Assembly (NCBI RefSeq): GCF_963921235.1
Contig: NC_086108.1
Span: forward strand, 84,384,001 to 84,448,000
Source of the DNA: Mobula hypostoma
Lineage: Eukaryota
Length of the DNA stretch: 64,000 bases
Direction: 5' to 3'
A program made the translations under genes and the position numbers. This document shows, piece after piece, positions 24,082 to 37,029 of the stretch; the first letter of the stretch is position 1; each line of letters begins with the position of its first letter. Below the pieces are notes generated by a model that saw nothing but the letters and a program-made list of their open reading frames with translations, ran no database searches and had not been told where the DNA came from.

Positions 24082-25594
24082 GATCATCACTCATTCTTGT
24101 GACATGACCAGTGCAACGCAGCTGAGAAGCTGTAATGAGCAATTCTATGCTGACTGCCCCAGCACGTTTGAGCCCCTCCACATCTGGTACCCTTTCTTGC
24201 CACTTGATGTGTAATACTTGGCATAAATGCCTATGTTGTGTCTTGGTCAATTTCTTGATGTGCTTTCAATACAATGTCATCGGTTCAGTTGAATAAAGCA
24301 GAGATGGTAAAACAGCTGTGTTAAACACTTTGACCTTGGTTGCCATTTTAATGTCGTGGCGAGACCAAAGTCGCTTCTGCAAAGCACCAAAGACTTTGGT
24401 AGCTGATTGAATTCTCCTCTCAACTTCCAGATCTGAAGAGTTGGTGTTAGCCACAGTGCTTCCTTGACAGGTTAACCACAACATTTACAGAAGCAGAAGC
24501 AAAAATACTGTTGCTTCTGGAAGCTTTCAGCTAGACAGCATCTGTGGGGACAGCAACTGAACAAAAAGAAATAGGGGCAGGAGTAGGAACCTGGTCCTCG
24601 AGCCTACTCTGTCTCGTGGTGAAGCCACTGATGAGGCAGGTGGAAGTGAAAGGCTTAATAGATGGCTTAATAGAAAGGCTCAGTAGCAATTAGAAGGTTG
24701 GCTAAGTTAGAATTAATTTTAAATGTTATATCTGCCAACAATTAAAAGTATCCAAGTCATATAATGAAATGACTAATGACTCATCTGTCACAGTATGAAT
24801 ATTTCTGTATGATAAGCATTCATCAACTTAATGTATTATTCAAAATCTCGAAGCAGTGTCTACCAGAGTGCTCATGCACAATTTAACTTAAACCCAGGCC
24901 AATTCCAAAACAACTCTGAAAATCAATCCCCTTAATTAAGACGTTTAATAAAATGAATTTACTCCAAATTTAGTCATTTATTCCATTCCATTTCATTGAG
25001 TCACTGATTTTGTGACAAGCCGCATCTTCGTAAAAGGTAGAAAAAAACTGAATTGTGCTAACGGAAGTTGAATGTGAAAAAATAAGCCTTTTAAAAAAGA
25101 GTTTTCCTCATGAACATCACATTCAAATTCCTTTCTTAAAACTGTAAAATTAAATTAAGCTCTCACTATCTCCAACTGGATTACCTCATCGTCCATCCCA
25201 CCACCCACCATTGAACTAATTGTTTATAGACACTAACCAAATCTTGTCCAGAGATTTTATCATCAGACCTTTTTTTTCATCATCCAACCCTGTTAATCTC
25301 ACACACTCTCTTACACACAAAAATGGCCAATTTATATCTCACCATCTTATCACAGATTTCTTACTGAGTTAAGCACCAAGACCACCGGAAAACACATCAT
25401 TTCTGAGTTAGCTACGGTATGTTTTGTTGGCTTCTCTGCAACTTGACACTAGCGAATTTAGGTGCATATTGTAAACTTTCAATGTATTTGGATTATCATT
25501 GGAGGTCAAGGCCACAGTCTATTACTGGAGTCACTGACAAGAGTAATGTCAGGGAAACTCAAGTTATTGGTCCTCCAGGTAATTTCACTCTTTC

Positions 25595-26730
25595 AAATAC
25601 AGTTCAACTTTCAAAGTAAATGTATGTTACCATATACAGCCCTGAGATTCCTTTTCTTGTGGGGTAATCATCATCATCATCATCAGGTGCCATACCCAGT
25701 TTGAGTTTTGACTGCCATGGCCCACACACTCCTGTTTCGGGTCAAGTGGATCAACTCATTGGCATTCATTTGATGATGTCTCCATCATCATTTGTCTTTG
25801 CCTTCCTCTTGCTTTCTTCCCTTCAATCTTTCCCATAATTACCGTGCATTCTAACTCCTCTTTCCTAATCACATGTCCAATGAAGTTACGTTGCCTTTTC
25901 ATGATCTCATGCATTATTTCTCTTTTTGTGTTTGCTCTGTTCATGACATCTTTGTCAGATATTCGTTTCGTCCATGATATTCTTTGCATTCTCCTCAAAA
26001 ACCACATCTCTGCTGCTTCAATTCCTTTCCTCATGTTACTCGATATTGTCCAATATTCTGAGCCATATAACATAACCGGATAAATGTAACATTTCAGTGC
26101 TCTGAGGCCAGTTGTCATGCCTAGTTTAGTATTGGTCAGTATACTCTTCATTCCCACAAAGGTGTCTTTTGCCATCCCTATTCTTCTTTTGATGTCCATG
26201 TCGCACCTGCTATCTGATGTCACCCAGCTTCCTAAGTAGCAAAAGTTCTGTACTTGTTTTATGTCTTCCCTGTTTATTCTCAGCCTGAAGATAGGATTCT
26301 CCTTCTTTTTGGATATCACCGTACATTCTGTCTTTTTGCAATTGATAGATAGACCCATTTTTGCAATTAAGTTTTGTAGTTCTTCCTCCGGACTTGCAAT
26401 TAACACAGTGTCATCTGCATATCTGAAATTATTGATGTTTTCACCGCCAACTTTGATTCCCAAGATGTTTCTTATTTTTTGTAATATTGTTTCACTGTAC
26501 ACATTAAACAAATCAGGGGAGAAAACACACCCTTCTCTAATGCCTGTCTTGATTTTTGTAAACTGACTCACTTCTCCATCTATTCTTACAGTGGCAGTTC
26601 CCAGTACAGATTTCTTGTGAGGTAATCACAGTAAATATAAGAGACTCAACAGAATCAATTAAAGACAAACAGCAAATGTGCAAAAAAACAAACTGTGCAA
26701 ATACAAAAAGAAAGAGGAAAACATAATAAT
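25595..26730 (-). mobile_element. LINE 3'UTR remnant (probably Rex1/Babar) split by RTE
   Basis: caaagtaaa...tacagccctgagattc motif also at 37585-37650 and 55960-56030; resumes after the RTE TSD at 26629. Confidence 0.5.
25671..26610 (-). mobile_element. 5'-truncated RTE (BovB-like) LINE
   Basis: ORF 25756-26571 GIREGCVFSPDLFNVY, NNFRYADDTVLIA, FCYLGS, GKIEGKKARGR; (gat)n tail; 18-bp TSD tttcttgtg(g/a)ggtaatca (25653-25670, 26611-26628). Confidence 0.9.
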
Positions 26731-26734
26731 AAAC

Positions 26735-28245
26735 TAAATGCAGGACCAGGAGGTTAACACAAAGAAAAATGATCAAAAATACATAATAAAGGACAACCAA
26801 ATTCAAGACGATAAATGCAGAAAATGCCAAGAGAAACCAGAAACAAATCCAACACATTACAGGATCCAGCAACAGTTTAAATCAATCTAATACTTACATA
26901 GGCACAATCATGAGGCTAACATCATTCAACAAAATCTTGCTTAAATACAAAATCATAAAAGACACTAACAGTACGTTACTATAAATACAAGTCTGATCAA
27001 GTTTTAGAATCAGAGTCCTACAAATCATATTACAACAGATACATTATTACAGACAGGACAACTCATAATAACTATGTGGATAATACAGGGTAAACAAGCA
27101 AGAATAACCTATTTAATACAGGACCAGGATGAGAGGATGAGAGGATGGGAGGATGAATACAGGGCCTTTCAAATGTTGCAAGCTGAATCACCTGCCGCTC
27201 AGCATCAGGAAGACAAAGGAGATGGTGATGGACTTTAGAAAGACTAAGCCTGCACCACTCCCTGTTACTACTGATGGTGAGAAAGTAAATGTGGTGAGGA
27301 CCTGCAAGTGCCTGGAAGTGCACCTGGATGACAGACTTGAGTGGAGCACCAAAATAGAAGGCTATATACAAGAAGAGCCAGAGTTGCCACTACTTCCTGA
27401 GGAGACTGAGTATGCAGGCCTCTCCTTCACATGTTCAACCAGTCTGTTGTCACCAGTACAATCTTCTATGCCATGCTGTGCTGAGGCAATGGCATCAACA
27501 GAGGTGATGCCAACAAGCTCAATAAACTGATTAGAAAGACTGTCTCCGTTGTAGGAGTCAAACTGGACACATTGGAGGCTGTGGTAGAACAAAGGGCTCT
27601 ATGGAACATTCTGGCAATTCTGGATAATGTTCCTCACTATTTGCATGCCACCTTGGCTAAATAGAGGAGCACTTCCAGTAATAGACTAAGACAACTGCGC
27701 TACTCCAAAGCGCGCTATTTGAGTCATTTTTAACCTCGGCTATCAAGCTCTATTATGAGTCAACCTATAGCCAGGGATGTGTGATTCCCTCCTGTTAGAC
27801 TGTTCAAGATAACTTATTTTTTATTCTTGCTTACTTCTCTTCTAATTTTTGTATATCTCCGCACTTGTAATGCTACTGTGACACGGTCATTTTCCTTTGG
27901 GATTAATAAAGTATCTATCTATCTAATGGTTATGGCCACTCCAAACACCCATACTTATACAGAAATCAATAAGTGAAAAACACCAGAAATACGCTGAATT
28001 AAAAGAGAAAATTGAGAGTCCATGAAACATGAGGCAACTAGTGTCAACCCAGTCATTACAAAGTAACATTAAACTATTAGGCCTACACAGCAAGATTTAT
28101 GTAAATCTCCAGAAAACCACAATACTAAACACCACTGGAATAGTCCAAAAGTTACTAGCAATTGAGAAACAAGCGTGCTTGGCTATGCTGTACCTCAGGT
28201 TTTACCAGGTTTAGCTGAGAAAAAAAAAATACAATAAAAATAACT
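26735..28245 (+). mobile_element. R4/Dong-clade RLE LINE 3' fragment, split by Rex1
   Basis: Degraded QDQ...KCRKCQEKPET..HITG...HRHN...TDRT; resumes at about 27930 with PNTH...EKHQKYAELK...LQKTTILNTTGIVQK and an A-rich tail. Confidence 0.7.
27118..27924 (+). mobile_element. 5'-truncated Rex1/Babar LINE
   Basis: KTKEMVMDFRK...LDDRLEWS; AATAAA and (tatc)n tail at 27905-27923. Confidence 0.82.
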
Positions 28246-28255
28246 ATTGTATATT

Positions 28256-29170
28256 GGAGAGCCAGAAGGGGCCATAAGAAGGCCTTGGCGAGCAAGATTA
28301 AAGAAAACCCCAAGGCATTCTACAAGTATGTGAAGAGCAAGAGAATAAGACATGAGAGAATAGGACCAGTCAAGCGTAATAGTGGAAAAGTATCTATGGA
28401 GCCGGAGGAGCTAGCAGAGGTACTTAATGAATACTTTGCTTCAGTATTCACTATGGAAAAGGATCTTGGTATTTATAGGGATGACTTGCAGCGGACTGAA
28501 AAGCTTGAGCATATAGACATTAAGAAAGAGGATGTGCTGGAGCTTTTGGAAAGCATCGAGTTCGATAAGTCTCCAGCACCAGACGAGATGTACCCCAGGC
28601 TACTGTGTAGGTGAGGGAGGAGATTGCTGAGCCTCTGGCAATGATCTTTGCATTATCAATAGGGACAGGAGAGGTTCCAGAGGACTGGAGGGTTGAAGGT
28701 GTTGTTCCTTATTCAAGAAAGGGAGTAGAGATAGCCCAGGAAATTGACCAGTGAGTCTTACTTCAGTTGTTGATAAGTTGATGGAACAGATCCTGAGTGG
28801 CAGGACTTATGAACATTTGGAGAGGCATAATATGATTAGGAATAGTCAGCATGCTTTGTCAAAGGCAGGTGGTGCCTTAGGTTGAGTGAACTTGGCCTTT
28901 TCTCCTTGGAGAAGTAGAGGATGAGAGGTGACCTGATGGAGGTGTATAAGATGATGAAAGGCATTGATCGTGTGGATAGTCAGAGGCTTTTTCCCAGGGC
29001 TGAAATGGCTAAGATGAGAGGACACAGTTTTAAAGTGCTTGGAAGTAGGTACAGAAGAGAGGTCAGGGTTAAGTTTTTTTACGCAGAGAGTGGTAAGTGC
29101 GTGGAATGGGCTGCCAGCAACGATGGTGGAGGCGGATACAATAGGGTCTTTTAAGAGACTCCTGGATAGG
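28256..29170 (+). mobile_element. CR1 fragment with RT core deleted
   Basis: KENPKAFYKYVKSKR...YFASVFT...SQH jumps at about 28880 to RMRGDLMEVYKMMKG. Confidence 0.82.
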
Positions 29171-32140
29171 AATTTTTAAAATTTCTAGAGAAGCATATTA
29201 TTTTGTTTTTTGAAGAGAATAAAAAGGAAGAAACTTCTAATCTTATTGTATGGGATACTTTTAAGGCCTATATTAGAGGACAAATTATTTCTTATACTAT
29301 GAGTGTTAAGAATAAAGCTAATAAAGAAAGAATTGAATTAGCCAATCAATTAAAACAATTAGATCAAAAATATGCTATAGCTCCAGATCCTGTTTTATAT
29401 AAAAGATGTGTTGAAGTTAAAACTAAATATGATCTTCTGTTAACATATCCAATTGAAACTCAACTTCTTAAAGATAAAACTCAATTTTATATTCACAGAG
29501 ATAAATCAGGTAAAGTATTGGCCAACCAATTAAAAACTTCTGTAGTTAAACGACAAATTAAAGAAATTTGCAAAACTAATGGTGGTAGGACAACTGATTA
29601 CTCTGAAATAAATGATACCTTTAGAGAATTCTATTCTAAACTTTATAGTTCTGATTCCCCTAAAGATAATACTGTAATGAATAAATTTCTAGATCAATTA
29701 AATATCCCTGCACTTTTTGCAGATAATGGCAAACAGATGGATCAACCAACTTCTTATGAGGAAATCGCCGAGGCTATACGTTCATTACACTCGGAAAGCT
29801 CCGGGTCTAGATGGATTTTCTGGAGAATTTTATAAGGCTTTTTTTTTCATTAATTATACTGCAGTTACACTTAGTCTTTTTGGATTCTTTCAAACTGGGT
29901 AGCTTGCCTCAATCTTTTTATGAAGCTTCTATGTCACTTATCCTAAAAAAGAACAGTCCTCTTCATATAGGCCAATTTCATTACTTAATGTAGATACTAA
30001 AATTCTTCCTAAAGTTCTGGCTTGTAGAATTGAAAATATTTTACCTTCTATTATTTCTGATGATCAGACTGGATTTATTAAAAACTGACATTTCCATTTT
30101 AATATATGCCGTGTATTATATGTTACTTACTCTCCTTCTCAGGAGATATTGGAATGTGTGATATCCTTAGATGTTGAGAAGGCCTTTGATCGAGTTGAAT
30201 GTAATTATCTATTTAAAACCTCAGAAAAATTTAATTTTGGACCAGATTTTATTTAATGGACTAAATTACTTTATTTATCTCCTACTGCTCGGGTTCTTAC
30301 TAATTTTCAAAATTCCAAACCATTTAAACTTCACCGCGGAACTAGACAAGGCTGTCCGTTGAGTTCTTTGCTTTTTGATTTAGCTTTAGAACTCGTCATT
30401 GCTTTTCGAGAATCTAATGATATTTGTGGTATTTTATCATCCACAAAATCTCGCTTTACACTGATGATATATTGCTTTTTATCTCTAATGTTGATACCTC
30501 GTTACCTTGTGTACTTTCTTTACTCTCCCGTTTTAGCCAGTTTTCAGGATATAAATTGGACCTACATAAGAGTGAATTATTTCCTTGAAATAATTTGATA
30601 TCAATTAATACTAATCTCCCTTTTAAAATTGTAAGGAATCAATTTTCTTATTTGGGTGCAACAATCACCAAGAATTACAAACACCTGTTTAAAGAAAACT
30701 TTCTTACTTTATTGAACCATGTAAAAAAGATATTATTAAATTGGTTACCTCTTTCAATATCATTGATTGGATGCATTAATTTTATTGAAATGAATATTCT
30801 ACCTAAATTTATATATCTTTTTCAGGCTTTGCCCATTTTCATTCCTAAATCCTTTTTTTGACTCTCTTGAATCTATTTTATCCTCCTATATATGGAAAAA
30901 TAAACGTCCTCGTTTAAATAAAGTTCATCTTCAAAAACCTAAAGAGTCTGGAGGTTTAGCCTTACCCAATTTTAGGTTTTATTACTGGGCAGTTAATATA
31001 CGATATCTTACATTTTGGCTATATTATATTAATCGTGTAGACTGTCCGGTATGGGTTTCTTTAGAACTGTCCGGTATGGGTTTCTGTTAATAAATTTCCT
31101 ATTATTTCTCTTCTCAGATCCTCACTTCCTTTATTTGTAAGTAATACACTGATAATTTCATAGTTAAACATACTCTGAGGATCTGGATACAATTTAGAAA
31201 ACATTTTGGTTTATTGAGATTTTCCCTTTCTAGTCCCATTTATTCTAATTTTTTTAAAACCCTCCAAGACTGATTTAGTTTTTAAAGCATGGGACAGGGT
31301 GGGTATTAAATGTTTTTGGGATCTGTTTGATGGAGGAAATCTTTTTTCATTTGAGCAATTGTCAGCTAAATATAGCCTACCCAAAACTCACTTTTTTTAG
31401 ATATCTACAAATCAGAGACTTTCTAAGATCTCAATTATGCACATTTCCTATAAGCTCAGATAAAAACTTACTAGACGGAATGTTAAATTTGACACATTTT
31501 TATAATGGTTCAATATCTAATATTTATGGTATGTTACTGGAGACGAGGAATGTTTCTTTAGACAAAATTAAGAATCTCTGGGAACAAGATTTGCAGACAT
31601 CAATATCTGAGGAAATTTGGAATGACATGTTTAAACTGGTTAATTCTTCATCGCTATGGGCTCACCATTCCTTCATACAATTTAAGGTGGTACAGAGAGT
31701 CCATATGACTAAAGATAAGCTATCTCGTTTTTATTCGGATATATCTCCCTACTGTGACAGATGCAATAATGGAGAAGCTTCATTAATTCATATGTTTTGG
31801 ACTTGTCCATGTCTTGAAAAATATTGGAAGGAAGTTTTCCAAACTTTTTCTTTACTTTTCAAAGTCAATTTTAAGCCTAATCCTCTGATGGCCCCATTCG
31901 GTATTGTTGCAGGACAAGATATCAAGTTGAAGACATCTTATTTTGACCTTTAGCTCTCTTATAGCTAGGAGGGCGCTTTTGTTTAAATGGAAAGATGTTT
32001 CTCCTCCTACTCATGCTCAATGGTTATGTGACGTTATTTCATGCTTAGATTTAGAGAAGATTCGTTGTTCAATTTCTGAATCTCATCAAGACTTTCAAAC
32101 ATTGTGCGGACCCTTTCTGAATTATTTTCAAAAATTTCAA
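29171..32140 (+). mobile_element. L1 ORF2 fragment, 5'-truncated, decayed
   Basis: WDTFKAYIRGQIISY, PGLDGF, DQTGFI, RQGCPLS, YLG, CDRC...SLIHMFWTCP, ARRALLFKWK. Confidence 0.88.
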
Positions 32141-32144
32141 AAAC

Positions 32145-32605
32145 CTCAATCTCACCTGGTCCCTGAACTCCTCCATCTTGATCAAAAAGACGCAACATTG
32201 CCTTTATTTCCTGCGGAGCATCAAGAAAGCTCACCTCTGTCCCAGGATACTGATGGACTTCTACCGCTGTACCATTGAGAGCATACTCACCAACTGCATC
32301 TCAGTGTGGTACGGCAATTGTCCCGTATCAAACCGCAAAGCACTCCAGCGTGTGGTGAAAACTGCCCAGCGGATTATCGGCACCCAGTTGCCCACCATTG
32401 AGAACATCTACCATAAACACTGCCTGGGCAGGGCGAAAAGCATTATCAAGGATGCAGCTCACCTGAACCATGGACTTTTTACTCTCCTCCCATCCGGTAG
32501 GCGCTACAGGAGCCTCCGCTCCCACACCGCAGGCACAGGAAGAGCTTCTTCCCTGAGGCTGTGACCCCGCTGAACCTCACATCACAGCGCTAAGGAGTAT
32601 TGCAG
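32145..32605 (+). mobile_element. Rex1/Babar LINE fragment
   Basis: ORF 32178-32564 LYFLRSIKK...FYRCTIESILTNCISVWYG...LLPSGRRYRS; same family as 45806-46613. Confidence 0.85.
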
Positions 32606-33219
32606 CCTGGAAGTGACCTTCTTCAACATGAAGCAACACACTCCAAATATCTCAAAGTAAGCAGGCATGTACTGTATCCACCCAATGAGCACTTGAAGGT
32701 AGAAGCCACTAAATGACTTAATGCCCAATTCACAAATATAAAAGACACATTAACATGATGTATTATACACACAATCCTCTAGCATAGTTATTCAAATATA
32801 AAATTACTATTATTGATTTGCATCCACAATGACTGCATAAATAGATTCAGATCCCAGGTGTTCTTGGAAGGGCTTCAAGATATTTGTCTCACACTTCCAA
32901 CAGTTTGCAGCTAATTGTTGATACCTACAGGAAAATAACTATTCCTATAACAGGAAATAGTAGTCAGTTGCCAGACATGTCAAATTCCAGTCCAATATAA
33001 ATTAAGCTTTCCAGCTGAGCTTAATATTCAAGGCCAATAATAAGGGAAGAATTTTATTTCAGATGGTGGCAAAAAAGGGAAAACAACATATTAGCACCCA
33101 ATAACATGAAGCTTTTTGCAATAAATGTGAACTGAATGTTAGAATACATAGAAGATGGGTGACAGCTTTAATACTATCTGATTTGCAGCTTCATCATCAC
33201 CTCAGAAGTCAGAAAGCTA

Positions 33220-33790
33220 GAATCAGGTTTAATATCACTGAGGTATGTCATCAAATTTGTTAACTATACGGCAGCAGTACAATGAAATACATGACAAACA
33301 AATATAGAGAAAAAAACTGAATTACAGTCATATATATATATTAAAAAGTTAAATTTAAATAAGTAGTGCAAAAAAAAAAGAAATAAAAAAGTAGTGAGGT
33401 AGTGTTCATGGGTTCAATGTTCATTTAGAAATCAGGTGGCAGAGGGGAAGAAGCTGTTTCTGAATCACTGAGGGTGTGCCTTCAGGCTTCTGTACCTCCT
33501 TCCTGATGGTAACAATGAGAAGACGTGGGTGGTGGGGGTTCTTAATGATGGACACCACCTTCCTAAGGCACCGCTCCTTGAAAATGTCTTGGATATTACA
33601 AGAGATCGTACCCATAATGGAGCTGACTAATATTTCAGGTTTCTGTAACTTACTTCAATCTTGTGCAGTAGCAACCCCACCCTCTCCCTCCCCATACCAG
33701 ACAGTGATGCAGCAAGTCAGAATGCTCTCCATGGTACATTTGGAGAAATTTTTCAAGTGTTTTAGTTGACAAACCAAATCTTCTCAACTA
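33220..33790 (-). mobile_element. Rex1/Babar LINE 3' fragment
   Basis: ORF 33421-33615 DIFKERCLRK..SIIK; 3' end gtgatattaaacctgattct. Confidence 0.7.
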
Positions 33791-33884
33791 AATTCCCACC
33801 CTGTTAATTTGGACAGTGGTATGCTCAATTTCATGCACAAACCACAAGCACGTCAAACCAAAAATGATAAAGGCATGTTCATTT

Positions 33885-34707
33885 TGTTACATACCTTGTG
33901 GGTATCTTGTGACTGTCTTATGACCATGATGTAATGGTCTTGTGATGGTGGGGTGATCTAATTTTCCCACCAGTGTGATGACATGTTCCCTACAGGTATG
34001 TAAAAGGGAAACCCCTGTTGTTATGCAGTTCAGTTCGTTGTTTAATTCGTCAGTTACTCCGTTATGCTGCGTATTTGTCTCATGACGCAGTTTCGTTTTA
34101 AAGTGGAGTTTTACTTTCTATTGTAAGGTAAAATCGTTGTACTGGCAGTTTCGCCAATCACTGCCAGTTTTTGTGTGTTGCACCTTTGATTTACCTTAAC
34201 AGTCTAGTATTGGAGAGTGAAGACCTTACTAAAGTACGGGGACCTGAAGGATTGAGTGAAGTTGGTGTCGTTCGACGGTTTCATAAAGGATCGACCTTAT
34301 TGAATATTCGTTCAGGAATAGTGGCCTGCATCTGAGATAACCCCTGCAAGATCAGGAAGGTTTGTGCAGTGTTCACTCGCCAGGAAAAGGTCAGATCCTT
34401 TAAGCAGTTTTAATGTTGTGAATTCTTTGGACGGCATCTTTCGGCTAGGATCAGCAGTAACGTCACGTCTTCGAAGAAATCAGTTTCAGGAAAGTCTCTC
34501 CTTACTGACTATAAAAACCACTTTACGACTGTGTTCGAATTTACCACTTTAAGAACTGTTCCAGCATTGCCGTATAGCAGTTAACTTCCGGTTAAGTTAG
34601 TCGCTTCAATACTTTTCGCTACTGTTGAGCAGAGTTTAATAAATGTTTATGTTTGTTTATAAAACCTGACTCAATTCTATATATTCATTGTTGCTGGACA
34701 TGTGACA
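33885..34707 (+). mobile_element. Probable solo LTR (Gypsy-like)
   Basis: TG...CA termini with inverted ends tgttacat / atgtgaca; TATA-like tatgtaaaaggg near 33998; AATAAA near 34638; CpG-richer than flanks; no clean TSD. Confidence 0.6.
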
Positions 34708-34924
34708 AAATCCTCACCAGGAAAAATAGTGGAAGCAGATATAATAGCAGTGTTTAAGAGACACACAAACAGGCGGGGAATGGATAGATATCGACCATGT
34801 GTTTTTGATATATTTTGAACTTCAAACAAAATATCTGATATGTTTTTTATAAGTGTATGCACAACAGTATTGGCAACATAAACCCAATTCTTAATCAATC
34901 AATGTAATTGAATAAAGATGTACT

Positions 34925-35250
34925 TTCAGGGCAATCCAATGTACTTTACAGTCAAAGAAATACTTTTTAAGAGTGATTGCTATGGAAATTAGCAAATGCA
35001 GCAACTAACTTACACCTAGTAAGCACCAATAAAAGTAATACAATAATGAACAGATCATCTTTTTTTCTAAGTAATGTTGATAGAAGATAAATGTTGATCA
35101 ACTCAACAAGAATAACACCCATTTTTCTGCTGAGCAGCATCTTGGGATCATTTACTTACACCTGGGCAAACTAACGAGAACTCTGTTTCATTCATCCATC
35201 TCAGAATGGAAGGTGTCAATATTGTATTCTCAGAATTCTGCACTGGATTA
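34925..35250 (-). mobile_element. Ancient Deu-domain SINE (SacSINE1/AmnSINE1-like)
   Basis: Degenerate, colinear match to the remembered DeuSINE consensus: ctttacagtcaaagaaatactttt...ataatgaacagatcatct...gataaatgttg...tgggatcatttac...ctgcactgg. Confidence 0.6.
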
Positions 35251-37029
35251 ACAACTGCCCGCTTTGACGCAACAGTGTTCCCAAATGAGGCAAGGTTGAT
35301 GCAGCATTAGCAAATAATGTAGCATTCACTCAGCAAGTGATTATCATCAAATCATTAGAGTGGGACTTTTTAAAAAATAGTTCTTCGACCATAAAAAAAC
35401 AGGAACAATTCATAGGGATCAGATCATTCTGAAACATGTGAATGGCAAAGAAGGGTGTTTCCATTTTCACCCTGATTGAAGGCAATTATTTCCTTGAACC
35501 TGGATCCTGCTTTTAATACAAAGTCCTGCACTGCATTAATCACATCTGCAAACTTCTTAATAATTCTCTCATACACCTTCTGCACACCTCATCTAATCAA
35601 CACCTTTGAAACGTTAAATGGGTTTCAGAATCTCACAAGCACCTGCTGTTTACTTCTGTCAGTTCTGGGCTTGATAGAAATCTAGTGGTGGCTGAGATGG
35701 TTTGTGTGGGAGGGGAAAGAAAAGAGCAGAAGGGTATGGCTCTAAAATTACTTTAATAAAGTAGAACTATGAAAAAGAACTTCAGTCACAAGCACACTGG
35801 TACCAATTTATATTAAAGTATTTCATACAACCTAATGTTATCCCAAAGCTTGGGTTACACAGTCAGAAGATATAATAATAGACATTATAGAATGTCAAAT
35901 ACATAATCAGTTACTGAATTAAAAGACTGGTAAAGAGAGTTTTAACTGTACTTTCAGACAGAAATTCTATTCTGATCTGTTTTTATCTGATTAGACACAT
36001 GTAAAAAATAATTCTTTACTAAAACAGTGAATGCTTTTGCGATGTAATAATTATCTCCAATTGATGGCAATAACATACCATTAAAACCTTGCCATGATCT
36101 TGCTATTAAATTCATCTGCTTATTTTTATTACTGGATTCAATAACCATTTGTGCCGAGGCCGTATACTGATTGTTAATACTTATCAACTGCAGGTTTTGA
36201 ATCAACTCACCAAGCATTTTTAAATAATCAAGGCCTTGATCACAGAGAAGGGCGAGATGACTAAAATCATTGGAACACTTACAAATGAAAATAAGCAAAA
36301 TATCTGTAAATGCTAGAAATCAGAAATAAATCAAAAAATGCAATAAGCAAGACAGGGCTCATTTGTGAAAAGTCTCAAAAATTCAAAGTATGTATGCACT
36401 ATACAAACCTGAGAGTCATCTTCCACACAGACAGCCACAAAACAAAGAAAAACCTTGGAACCCATTCAAAGGAAAAAATGAAAATTAAGCTTTGTCAGAA
36501 ATTAGAAAGACATCCAAAAGGTAATTTTACAAAAATAATTTTAAGATGCAGAAAAAAACTGTGGAAGGAATGGTAAAAGAATGCCTGCGGTGAGATGAAA
36601 CCAGGTCAAATCTGTAATTGGGGATTTAGAGAACAATTACGTCACTTTGTCTGTGTTATGTATTACTGACAGCAGGACTGAGAGCCTCACCCACAAATCA
36701 GGCTGGACTAATAGACAGAAGGAAAAAGTCTGAGCTGGACTTTTTTTAGTTTGGCTGATCTGTTGAGTATATCCCACAGCACTCTGACAACTCAAAGTGG
36801 AGAAGACGAATTTGGGTGGCACAGAGAACCCCAAGTCCATTCATTGGAAGTACATGAAGGGCTGATGCAAATAGTGCAGGGAGCAAAATACAAGTACGTA
36901 CCAACTCGTCCTTTGAAAAGAAACAATTGCCTTGAATGTCATCAAATGCCCAGAGCATAGAATACACTTCTGTGAAATAAATGCTATTCAAAGACTATGA
37001 ATCCGCATCCCATTCAGTCATCCATCTCA

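Larger units (their letters stand above)
19780..24475 (-). mobile_element. 5'-truncated RTE LINE split by an L1 derivative (parts about 19780-20216 and 24082-24475)
   Basis: ORF 24266-24484 (EVERRIQSATKVFGALQKRLWSRHDI..TKVKVF) continues through GHVTRMS into ORF 19862-20212 (DRLPKAVFCGEL...CNRCGRQC). Confidence 0.85.
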
